Source: Thermohalobaculum sp.
Lineage (GTDB): Bacteria > Pseudomonadota > Alphaproteobacteria > Rhodobacterales > Rhodobacteraceae
NCBI GenBank assembly: GCA_965263335.1
Contig: CBDHHE010000009.1
Location: 28,645 to 92,644 of the forward strand
DNA length: 64,000 nucleotides
Direction of reading: 5' to 3'
The position numbers and the translations under genes are program-made. The notes below the pieces were generated by a model. It was given only the letters and a program-made list of their open reading frames with translations. It searched no databases and was not told where the DNA came from. How positions within the stretch are numbered: position 1 is the stretch's first letter; every line of letters starts with the position of its first letter. Positions 10,997 through 19,497 of this stretch are shown one piece after another.

Positions 10997-12341
10997 TCAG
11001 TCGAGGATGATCACGTCATCGCCAAGCTCGACCTCGAGCTCTTCGATGACCATCTCAGCCGCTTCTTCGGGGCTCATCTCGCCGGTTTCAACCGCCTGAA
11101 CACCCGGTGTAGGTGATCGCGTTGTACTGACCGATCTTGGCGTGGTTCGGCATGAACTCGGCATATTCCAGCATCGGGGTCCCGGCGATGAGCGCCCAGC
11201 CTTTTTCCTGAAACTCCGGCATTGCCGTCTGGCCGTACATGATCGGCGTGTGGTTCGTCGTCACCGCATGTGCCGTGTTGGGCACGTGCTGCGAGGCCAT
11301 GGCCACGAGCATGGCAGCAAGCTCCTTGTTCTCGGTCTCGCCCACGATGTAGACGATCGGGTGGCTCAGGTTCTTGGGCTGACCGCCCTTTTCGCCTGCA
11401 GGCGCGTGGATCCATGTGATCTTGTTGAAGTAGTCATCCGCGTTTTTCAGACCGAACGCTTCCATCTGTGCGCCCACGTTCCAGATGCCGTGGAACTTCG
11501 ACAGCGCGTCGCCACCCCGGAAGGCCGCATGCGTGCTGTCCCAGCTGTAAGTTGTCATATCCGCAGGAAGCGAGCCATTGTCGACGCAGTACTTCAGCCA
11601 GCCGTAGTACTTTTCCAGACCCGACTTGGTGATCTGCAGCTTGGCTTCGTCTTCGTTGTAGATGTCGATGCCGAAGCTCGCCATGGCCATCTGGAAGTCG
11701 GGGCCGACGTTGGGCCGGTGCACCCAGCCGATCTTGGCCGCGCCGGATGTCACCGCTTCGGCCGCGAGATCGCAGAAGTCGAACATGGTGAATTCGCCGC
11801 TCTCCACAAGTCCGGGCAGGCTTGAGATATAGGCTTCGTCCTTGCCCATGGCGCGCAGGATGTCGTTGTTCAAAAAGAACATCCGGATCTCGGAATCCTG
11901 CGGGATGCCGTAGCGTTCACCCTTGTACATCACCGAGGTCCAGAGCGCCGGGATCATGTCGGAATACATCGTGTCGTTGGCGGCGATATGCGCTTCGAGA
12001 TTGGCGGCAAGACCCGCTTCGACAAACGATCCGATCCATTCATGGGCCACGACGGCAATGTCGGGCGTGTCGCCAACCGAGTGGGCCTTGAGCAGATCAA
12101 GCGCGTCAGCGTCAAAGCCTTTCGCATTCGTTTCGATCAGGTTGACGTCGACCCGGGTCTCGGAGCCTGCCGCTTCGAACATCCGGTTCAGCTGCTCGGC
12201 AGCAGCAACGATGTTGCCTGCGCGCAATGGTCCTGAGCGGTCAGCGCGCGACCAGAGATCAATGGTGACGGTTTCGGCAAGCGCCGGAACGGCGGCGCAG
12301 ATTGCGACAAGGCTTGCCGCAAGGGTGTTACGGAGTGTCAT
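10997..12341 (-). CDS. Extracellular solute-binding protein (sugar/glycerophosphodiester type) with an apparent +1 frameshift near the 3' end
   Basis: Signal peptide MTLRNTLAASLVAICAAVPALA and YGIPQDSEIR motif. ORF stops early at 11088 (TGCSGG*); removing one base at 11103-11105 gives TGVQAVETGEMSPEEAAEMVIEELEVELGDDVIILD* ending at 10997. Confidence 0.87.
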
Positions 12342-12390
12342 AGGTTTCCCCCACGTGACAGTTTGGCAGGGGCCAAAGGATCAAGGTTTC

Positions 12391-12408
12391 GTAACAACCG
12401 CATGTCAT
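12391..12408 (-). promoter_or_regulatory. Pho-box-like site upstream of the solute-binding protein gene
   Basis: Minus strand ATGACAT-GCGG-TTGTTAC, with 11-bp periodicity resembling the (C/T)TGTCA(C/T)-N4 PhoB repeat. Confidence 0.45.
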
Positions 12409-12436
12409 CCGGACGTATTTCTGTCCGGGCGGTAGT

Positions 12437-13252
12437 TTAGTGCGCGAGGCCAAGTCCCTGCAGATAGCCGAAACCCTTGGGGATGTCGGCCTTGTTGCGC
12501 AGCTCAAGCACCAGATGCGGCGCGCTTGGGCAATCGCCAAGCGCGCGGAAGACGGCGGGCCATTCGATCTCGCCCTCACCCGGTGCCCAATGCCGGTCAG
12601 CATGCCCATCCAGGTCCTGGATATGCACATGCGCCAGTTGCGCACCTGCATCCCGGACAAAGTAATCGACGGGCGGGGCTCCGGACATGCGCCGGGCCAG
12701 ATGGGCGTGGCCTGTGTCAATCGAGAGCGCAATGGCATCGGATCCAAAGCTGTCGACCATGTGCCGCCGGGTCGCGGGATCGACGTCCTGGATGTTTTCG
12801 ATCACCAGCGTGATCCCTCTTTCCGCAGCAGCGCGGACCACCGGCGTCATCACCTCGTGGATCCGTTCCAGCTTCTCTTGCGCATATCCTTCGGTACAGA
12901 GCAGATTGTTCTGGAACCAACGCGTATAAGGCGAATGCATCACCATCTGCCGGGCACCGATCCGGTCAGCGGCATCGAGCGCCGCAAGAAACCGGTTGGT
13001 GATCAGCGGGCGCAGTTCGGCATCCTTGTTGTCGATGTCGAGCCCTTCAAACGGACCATGGATCCCGCGCCGTCCGCTATGGCCGTCAAGCGCGGCTTGC
13101 GCCGCCGCGACCCGGTCATCCAGTTCGGTCGTCAGCGCGGCATGGGTCATGAAATCCTGAAGTTCGATGTCGCGCTCTGCGCTAAACAACCAGTCGCGAT
13201 GCGCGGCGATGTCGTCACTCTTCAGACAGGCGCCGATCTTCAGCGGTGTCAT
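12437..13252 (-). CDS. Sugar phosphate isomerase/epimerase family TIM-barrel protein (AP endonuclease 2 type)
   Basis: HGPF, LVIENI, SIDTGHAH, HIQDLDG..DRHW.PGEG metal-binding motifs. Confidence 0.85.
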   Translation of the reverse strand: MTPLKIGACLKSDDIAAHRDWLFSAERDIELQDFMTHAALTTELDDRVAAAQAALDGHSGRRGIHGPFEGLDIDNKDAELRPLITNRFLAALDAADRIGARQMVMHSPYTRWFQNNLLCTEGYAQEKLERIHEVMTPVVRAAAERGITLVIENIQDVDPATRRHMVDSFGSDAIALSIDTGHAHLARRMSGAPPVDYFVRDAGAQLAHVHIQDLDGHADRHWAPGEGEIEWPAVFRALGDCPSAPHLVLELRNKADIPKGFGYLQGLGLAH

Positions 13253-14441
13253 GGGGCAGTCTCCTTGGGTCAGGAATGAGGAAATAGGTGAGAATGGCCA
13301 TCAGGAGCACGGCCGTCATCGTGGCAAAGGACCACCAGCCGCCGAAGGTCTGTGTGGTCCAGGCAAACACAAAGGGGCCGGAGGCGTTCATGGACATGGA
13401 CGCCGCCGAGATCCAACCCAGGCGCGTGCCGAAGCCTTTGTGCCCGAATAGCGCCAGAGGGAGGGTCCCACGGGCGATGGTCTTGATCCCATCGCCCATG
13501 CCGTAGAGTGCGGCGGCCAGCAGCACACCGGGCAGCGTGAAGCCCACGATCAGGAGCGTGAGAAACCCCGACATCATCAGCGCCATCGCCATGATGTAGG
13601 TGACAAGCGGATACATGTTGCGGCTGACCAGCATCTCGAAGAACCGCCCGACCGTCTTGAACGGACCGATGACAGCCCCCGCCAGCGCGGCCATTGCAGC
13701 GGTATGACCAAGGTCCTGCACATTGGTGACCCAAAGGGTCATGACCGCGCCCATCAAGTATCCCGAAAAGAGAAACGAGATCACCATCCAGAGCATGCCC
13801 CGTTTGCGGGCCTCACCTGTCAGCTCGGGCCAGTCCTGCGCGGCCTTTGTCTTGGGGTTGTCCGGATCCCGTTCCGGGCCATTCAAGACCAACAGATGCA
13901 GCGGCAGGCAGATGACAAGGTAGGCGGCACCAAGGATGATCCATGTGCTCTCCCATCCCACCCGATTGAAGAGCGCCAACGTAAGTGGCCAGAAGATCGT
14001 TGAGGCAACGCCGCCAAAAAGCGTGATGACCGAGATCGAGCGTTGCGGCGGCACGCGCAGATCAAGCCGAGCAACAGCCGCGAAGGCGACGTTGTAGAGC
14101 ACAAACATGCCCGCGCCCTCGGCCAGCAGGATGAAAAGCAAAAGCCCGCCCCGCCCCTCAACAAGGCTCATCCCCATGAGCGCCAGCCCGGCAACAAGCG
14201 AACCGCCGGTCATCACCCAGCGTCCGCCGAAACGGTCCACCAGTTTTCCCGCAACCGGCGCGGTTGCACCGCCCAAGAAAAGCCCGATGGACAGGATGCC
14301 AAAGACTTCGGACAGGGTCAGGCCAAGGTCCTTGGCCATTTCAGGCAGAAGGATCGCATAGGCATACATGAGCGTGCCATAGCCCATGATCTGTGAGATC
14401 CCGAGGCCAATGGCCGGGAGGTAGTCGCGGTCGAGCCTCAA
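13215..14441 (-). CDS. MFS transporter (efflux type, ArsK-like N-terminus)
   Basis: About 12 TM segments. LGISQIMGYGTLMY, GKLVDRFGGRWVM and TLFGGVASTIFWP motifs. TTG start in a TTGA overlap with phnM. Confidence 0.85.
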   Translation of the reverse strand: MRLDRDYLPAIGLGISQIMGYGTLMYAYAILLPEMAKDLGLTLSEVFGILSIGLFLGGATAPVAGKLVDRFGGRWVMTGGSLVAGLALMGMSLVEGRGGLLLFILLAEGAGMFVLYNVAFAAVARLDLRVPPQRSISVITLFGGVASTIFWPLTLALFNRVGWESTWIILGAAYLVICLPLHLLVLNGPERDPDNPKTKAAQDWPELTGEARKRGMLWMVISFLFSGYLMGAVMTLWVTNVQDLGHTAAMAALAGAVIGPFKTVGRFFEMLVSRNMYPLVTYIMAMALMMSGFLTLLIVGFTLPGVLLAAALYGMGDGIKTIARGTLPLALFGHKGFGTRLGWISAASMSMNASGPFVFAWTTQTFGGWWSFATMTAVLLMAILTYFLIPDPRRLPHDTAEDRRLSEE

Positions 14442-15655
14442 CACCCGGCGGGGTGTCCGCGATAGGCAGTGCGACCTGCGACCCATGTGCCGCGCACCGC
14501 CGGCGTCTGCCCTTCGGGCCAGTCGACCAGCACCAGATCTGCGCGCTTGCCGACCGCGATGCTGCCCCGGTCATGGAGCTTCATGGCCCGCGCTGGTCCT
14601 TCCGAGACAAGCGACCAGAGCCGCAACCGGTCCGCACGCTTCTCGCGATCCAGCCGGTCGACTGCGGCGAGCATGGCCGGATAGTAGTAGTCAGAGGCCA
14701 GCACGTCACAAAGCCCCTCTTCGACCATGTCGCCTGCCCCCAGCGATCCGATGTGGCTGCCGCCGCGCACCGCATTGGGCGAGCCGAAAATCAGCGTGTC
14801 GCCTGCATCCCGCGCGGCTTGGGTTGGGCCCATGGTCATGGGAAATTCCGCCACGTCCGCGCCCAGATCCCGGTAGAACGCCCGGGTGTCGGCCTGCGTG
14901 TCGTCGTGGCTCAGCATCGGGATCCCCTTGTCGCGCGCCTTTTTCGCGACCTTTGCAATAGTTTGCGGCACGTCTGGTCGCCGCGTCCAGACGTCGCGTG
15001 CGAGCGTCCGGTAGTGATCATACTCCAGACCAGAGCGTTCGGCATGTTTGCGAAAGCGCTGTTCGAAAAGCGCATCGTCGTCAGGATCCATCACAGCGAA
15101 GTCCGGATCGTGTTCGAAAAGCCGGTCCTGCATGCGCACGTCCGGACCCCGCATGGCCATCGACAGGTGATCGTTGAAGGCCAAGGCCGGGGTCAGCTCC
15201 CAATCCATCGCCCAGTCGAGCGTGTCGAGCGCCTCATGCGCAAAGGTCTCCCAACGGAGCTGCACGCGGTTTTCCACGGTCAGGCGCGGGGCAAGATCGC
15301 GCAGAGCGGCGATCAGCTCGCGCCCGCGTTCGACGCTGCGCAGCCCCGGTTCGAACCCCAGCGTGATCGAATGGTAGGTGGTCGCGATCCCGTTTGCCGC
15401 CAATTGCCGATCAGTTTCGAGCACCGCCGTTTCAACCGGGAAAAACACGCCCGGACGCGGCATCAACTGCCGTTCAAACGCGTCGCCATGCACGTCGATC
15501 AGCGCCGGAGCCAAGATCAGACCCCGCGCATCGATAACCTCGCCCTGCAAGGGCCCGCCGATCTCGCTGATCTGACCATCCGAGACGGTGACCGACGTCT
15601 CGGCCATCTCGCCCGGCAGGTAGACCGTGGCGCCTTCAAAAGTCAGGGTGGTCAT
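14438..15655 (-). CDS. phnM: Alpha-D-ribose 1-methylphosphonate 5-triphosphate diphosphatase-like amidohydrolase
   Basis: IDVHGDAFERQLMPRPGV, SHDDT, AEFP, GSPNAVRGGSH and LASDYY motifs. Start MTTLTF at 15655. Confidence 0.9.
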   Translation of the reverse strand: MTTLTFEGATVYLPGEMAETSVTVSDGQISEIGGPLQGEVIDARGLILAPALIDVHGDAFERQLMPRPGVFFPVETAVLETDRQLAANGIATTYHSITLGFEPGLRSVERGRELIAALRDLAPRLTVENRVQLRWETFAHEALDTLDWAMDWELTPALAFNDHLSMAMRGPDVRMQDRLFEHDPDFAVMDPDDDALFEQRFRKHAERSGLEYDHYRTLARDVWTRRPDVPQTIAKVAKKARDKGIPMLSHDDTQADTRAFYRDLGADVAEFPMTMGPTQAARDAGDTLIFGSPNAVRGGSHIGSLGAGDMVEEGLCDVLASDYYYPAMLAAVDRLDREKRADRLRLWSLVSEGPARAMKLHDRGSIAVGKRADLVLVDWPEGQTPAVRGTWVAGRTAYRGHPAGC

Positions 15656-15657
15656 TC

Positions 15658-16302
15658 TTAGAGCCGCTCCAACGTCAGGTGCCAATGGTAGGACCCGGGC
15701 TTTTCGTGTTCGCGATCTTCAAGACGCAGTACCTCGAAACCCGAGAAGATGGCCAGCAGTTCGGCGGCATTGCAGAAGTAGTGCGGATGGATCTTGTCAG
15801 TTCCGGGCGCGTCGAACACCCAGGCATTGCGGCCGATCTCGGACCCCTTGGCCTTGGCTTGTTCAAACGGAAGGCGCCGCTTGGACAGCATCGTGCCCAT
15901 AAAGGTGCCGCCGGGTTTCAGGATCCGGCGGATCTCGGCAATGGTGCGCAGCAGGATGTCTTCGTTGCCGTGATAGATCACGTTCCAGCTGAGCACGTGG
16001 TCAAAGCTGTGATCGTCGAACGGCAATTCGTGCATGCGCGCCTCAACCGTCTGCACGCCGCCCACCTTGTCGATTTCGGCCAGCCCCTCGGCTGCGGCAT
16101 CAAGTGCGGTGACCGCATGCCCTTGCCCGGCCAGCCACAGCGCGTGACGGCCAACCCCTGCCCCAAGGTCGAGGATCCGCGAGCCCGGGCCAAACGCGGT
16201 GGCCCAGTTGATGACGTCAGGCTCGGGCGTCAGCCATTTGCTGCCCTTTTCGATATTGGCCCACTCGGTGTTCCAGTGTTGATCTGCTGTGTCGGACTTC
16301 AA
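15658..16302 (-). CDS. Class I SAM-dependent methyltransferase
   Basis: ILDLGAGVGRH motif I, FDHVLSWNVIYH and RRILKPGG motifs. TTG start overlaps the phnE stop. Confidence 0.88.
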   Translation of the reverse strand: MKSDTADQHWNTEWANIEKGSKWLTPEPDVINWATAFGPGSRILDLGAGVGRHALWLAGQGHAVTALDAAAEGLAEIDKVGGVQTVEARMHELPFDDHSFDHVLSWNVIYHGNEDILLRTIAEIRRILKPGGTFMGTMLSKRRLPFEQAKAKGSEIGRNAWVFDAPGTDKIHPHYFCNAAELLAIFSGFEVLRLEDREHEKPGSYHWHLTLERL

Positions 16303-17102
16303 CGTTGCTCTCCGATGATTTTGGTTCTGGCCCAGCCGCTGAGCTGTTCGATCCCGATCACAACGATGGCGATCATGAGGATCACCGTCATCGCGGTCGG
16401 ATAGTCAAAGAGGTCAAAGCCCACCTTCAGTTCGATACCGATCCCGCCTGCACCCACAAGTCCCAAAATGGTCGAGGACCGCACCGCCTTTTCCAGCGCG
16501 TAAAGCGAGGTGGAGATAAAGGCGGGCATGGATGCGGGGATCGTGGCACAAGCCACGACGTCGATCTTGCGGGCCCCCGTGGCGGTGAGTGATTCCGCTG
16601 GGCCTTTGTCGGCGGCCTCCATGTCGTCGGCGAAAAACCGGCCACAAAAGCCGATCGTATCGACCACAATGGCCAGCATCCCGGCAAAGGGCCCCAGCCC
16701 GACGGCCACCACGAAGACCAGGGCCCAGGCAATGTCGGGCACGGCGCGGATAAAGCCGAGGACCGTGCGCACAAGTTGGTTGACCCAGTGCCCCGCAATG
16801 AGCCCGCGCGCGGCCAAGAGCGCAAAGGGAAGCGACAGGATGACCCCCAGCACCGCCCCGGCCAGCGCGATTTGCAAGGTTTCGATCATCTTCCAGCCAA
16901 GTCGGGCCAGTACGTTCGGTTCGAGATTGGGCGGGAAAGCCCGGTTCAGAAAATCCGCGAACCGGGGTGGCGCGGTGACCACCTTTTCGATTGAGAAGCC
17001 AGCGCCAGCGAAACACCAGAGGATGATCACGATGCTGGCCGCATAGCCCAGGAACGCAACAGCCGAGGGCCGTTCGACGCGTGCAGGTGCGAGATCAGTC
17101 AT
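16299..17102 (-). CDS. phnE: PhnE-type ABC permease
   Basis: IRAVPDIAWAL and LEKAVRSSTILGLVGAGGIG motifs. Confidence 0.9.
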   Translation of the reverse strand: MTDLAPARVERPSAVAFLGYAASIVIILWCFAGAGFSIEKVVTAPPRFADFLNRAFPPNLEPNVLARLGWKMIETLQIALAGAVLGVILSLPFALLAARGLIAGHWVNQLVRTVLGFIRAVPDIAWALVFVVAVGLGPFAGMLAIVVDTIGFCGRFFADDMEAADKGPAESLTATGARKIDVVACATIPASMPAFISTSLYALEKAVRSSTILGLVGAGGIGIELKVGFDLFDYPTAMTVILMIAIVVIGIEQLSGWARTKIIGEQR

Positions 17103-17913
17103 AAAGCCCCCTGAGGTCCGAGGCCGTCAGCGCGTTGGCGTCAGTGTTCAGTTTCAGCCGTCCGTCGGCAAGCCCAAGCACCCGGTCACCGTAGCGCAGG
17201 GCGTGGTCGATATTGTGCGAGGTAAAGACAACGGTGACCCCGTCTTCGCGGGCAAGTTTGAAAAAGAGATCCATCACATCTTCACCGGCTGCGGGGTCGA
17301 GCGAGGCGCAGGGCTCGTCGGCAATCAGAATCTCGGGCTGGCTGACAATCGCGCGCGCGATGGCCACCCGCTGGGACTGACCGCCCGATAACCGGTCCGC
17401 CCGTCGCAGGGCGAAGTCTGCGAGCCCGACCTTTTCCAGCGCCTGAATAGCGGCGGTTCGCGACGTGGCGGGGGCCAGACTATGGCTCCAGTGCCGCACG
17501 CCGGGGCGTTGTCCCAAAAGTCCGTGGATGACATTCGACAGAACCGACAAGCGGGGCACCAAGTTGTGCTTCTGTGAGACCAACCCGACGCGTGAACGAA
17601 GCGCGCGCAGGGCACTGGGTTTGGCTTGGCTTGTGTCCTCGCCCAGCAACACAACGCGCCCGGCGCTCACGGGGATCAGTCCCATCACGCAACGCAGCAA
17701 GGTGGATTTGCCGGTGCCATTCGCGCCGACAAGCGCCACCGCCTCGCCCCGGGTGATCTGAAAGCTGACATCCGAAAAAATGGGCGTGGTGCCGAAGGTC
17801 TTGGCCACGGCATCCGCAGCGACATCGACAGGCGCAGCCGGAGCGTCAACCGCTCCGGCCTGAGCCTGATGCGCAGGTGGCGCATCAGGCGTATTGACCA
17901 AAAGATCAGTCAC
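17095..17913 (-). CDS. phnC: PhnC-type ABC ATP-binding protein
   Basis: GANGTGKST, LSGGQSQRVAIARA and ADEPCASLDP motifs. Probable GTG start at 17913. Confidence 0.88.
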   Translation of the reverse strand: MTDLLVNTPDAPPAHQAQAGAVDAPAAPVDVAADAVAKTFGTTPIFSDVSFQITRGEAVALVGANGTGKSTLLRCVMGLIPVSAGRVVLLGEDTSQAKPSALRALRSRVGLVSQKHNLVPRLSVLSNVIHGLLGQRPGVRHWSHSLAPATSRTAAIQALEKVGLADFALRRADRLSGGQSQRVAIARAIVSQPEILIADEPCASLDPAAGEDVMDLFFKLAREDGVTVVFTSHNIDHALRYGDRVLGLADGRLKLNTDANALTASDLRGLYD

Positions 17914-18775
17914 CGATGAACTTGTCGAACTGGGGGAAGCCCGCGTTCGTATACATGGACCGTACGTAGTCATATGCGCTGTCTTCGATCGCAACGAGAT
18001 CCATGCCGACGTATTTGTCGTTCTCTTCGTGAGCTGTGATGCCCGCGATGATGTCGGCCTTGTTTTCGAGGATCGAGGTCTTCACCAGTTCCGCAGCTTC
18101 GGCTGGGACATGTGCACCCACCATGATCATGTCATTTGGCAAATCGCCCGAGCGCCCGATCATTTTGAAGAAGCCGTAAGGCAGATCCGTTTCCTTGGCC
18201 CGCACGTTCAGCCAGCTGTTGGCGTTCGAGCCAATGGCATCCACGTCGCCCGCCTTGAGCGCTTCATGCGCAATGTTCCGGCTGGTATGGGTCTTTTCGA
18301 TATCGGCCACCGGATCGATGCCGTGATCGGCCAGAATCTGCATCGGGCACAGCATGTTCGAGGTCGAACCGATGTCACCAAACGCAACCTTCTTGCCTTT
18401 GAGGTCCTGCATCGTGTTGATGCCGCTGTCAGCGCGCACGATGATGGCACAGTGATAGTCCGGACGGCCGAGCCCGATCAGGGGTGTGGCGTTGGTCAGC
18501 TTGTTGATCACCACATATTCCGCAGGTCCGGAGACCACGAAATCAACCGTTTCACCGCGCAGTGCTTCAGCCGCGGCGGTGCGCGAGTTCACGGCGAAGA
18601 ACTCAAACGTCTCACCGGTTGCCTTTTCGAGCGCCTCTTTGAAAGGCCCCCATTCGAGTTGCAGACGCTCCATGCCTTCGACATCTGTGACAGCGATCTT
18701 CCATGTCTCGGCGGCGACGGCAAACGCGGACATTGCCGCGAGGCCAAGGCCCATCAACATTGACTTGAATTTCAT
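17906..18775 (-). CDS. phnD: PhnD-family substrate-binding protein (substrate uncertain)
   Basis: Signal peptide, IIVRADSGI..LKGKKVAFGDIGSTS motif and LPND motif. Confidence 0.87.
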   Translation of the reverse strand: MKFKSMLMGLGLAAMSAFAVAAETWKIAVTDVEGMERLQLEWGPFKEALEKATGETFEFFAVNSRTAAAEALRGETVDFVVSGPAEYVVINKLTNATPLIGLGRPDYHCAIIVRADSGINTMQDLKGKKVAFGDIGSTSNMLCPMQILADHGIDPVADIEKTHTSRNIAHEALKAGDVDAIGSNANSWLNVRAKETDLPYGFFKMIGRSGDLPNDMIMVGAHVPAEAAELVKTSILENKADIIAGITAHEENDKYVGMDLVAIEDSAYDYVRSMYTNAGFPQFDKFIGD

Positions 18776-18818
18776 GATACCCTCCGTTGGAAATTCATTC
18801 GGATGAATGCCCCGAGTT

Positions 18819-18858
18819 GTTTCAGGGTGATAACGGTCTCATGAAATTTTAGTGACGA
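18819..18858 (-). promoter_or_regulatory. Pho-box-like array upstream of the second phnDCE operon
   Basis: Minus strand TCGTCAC-TAAA-ATTTCAT-GAGA-CCGTTAT-CACC-CTGAAAC: four degenerate heptamers at exact 11-bp spacing. Confidence 0.55.
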
Positions 18859-18894
18859 CTGCGCCAATCCATGCGTCAGAGGCGCGATCTCGCG

Positions 18895-19497
18895 TCAGTC
18901 GTCCCGGATCAGGGCGCCCGGGAGGCTTTCGAAGACGGCGCGGACTGTGTCCAGTTCGACCTCGGCTGTTTTTGCGATCTGGTTCGCATTGTCCACCGAA
19001 ATCGTGCAGGCGGGCTTCTGGCGGCCCTTGGCAATCAGCTTGTATTTGAGCTGGCCGGGCCAGTCCTGTCCTTCGACATGCGGCAGGATCTGATGCGGAT
19101 CGACGACCGCAACGCAGGGCCAGGGCGGCAGGGTGATTTGGGCGGGCCGAATGTGGAGAAACCGGCAATCATCCAGATCAGCCTTGCTGAAATCGCAGTT
19201 GATCGTCAGGTTCTCGTGCGGTTTGTGCCAGTCACCCCAGGTGATCCCCGTGAAACGGCCTTCGAACCGGACGTTTTCGAAACTGGCGCGGCTGAATTCC
19301 TTCTTGGTGAGCTTCTTTTTCTGAATCCATGCACCGCCCACCATGTGCAGCCCGGCAACGACGATGTCCCGAGACTGCGCGCTGACGGTCACCTCGCAAT
19401 CCTCGAGCACCAGATCGGGGCCGAGGTTGTTGAAGTCATCGCCACTCAGGGTGATCGCTTCGCCCACCCGTTTGGTCGCATTGGCTGTGAAGGCCAT
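18895..19497 (-). CDS. Putative immunity protein with pentapeptide-like beta-helix segments
   Basis: 200 aa. ATG is coupled to the upstream stop (TGATG at 19495-19499). Segments LGPDLVLEDC, FSRASFENVRFEGRF, CDFSKADLDDCRF and LPPWPC. Confidence 0.6.
   Translation of the reverse strand: MAFTANATKRVGEAITLSGDDFNNLGPDLVLEDCEVTVSAQSRDIVVAGLHMVGGAWIQKKKLTKKEFSRASFENVRFEGRFTGITWGDWHKPHENLTINCDFSKADLDDCRFLHIRPAQITLPPWPCVAVVDPHQILPHVEGQDWPGQLKYKLIAKGRQKPACTISVDNANQIAKTAEVELDTVRAVFESLPGALIRDD

Noticed and set aside
13215-13260. 38-bp overlap of the MFS tail with the TIM-barrel gene as another frameshift
   Set aside because: One extra C would give an ATGA junction, but short overlaps are common and no domain is lost.
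14438-18775. Complete C-P lyase or phosphite-oxidation (ptxD) pathway
   Set aside because: No phnG-L or ptxD-like dehydrogenase occurs in the window.
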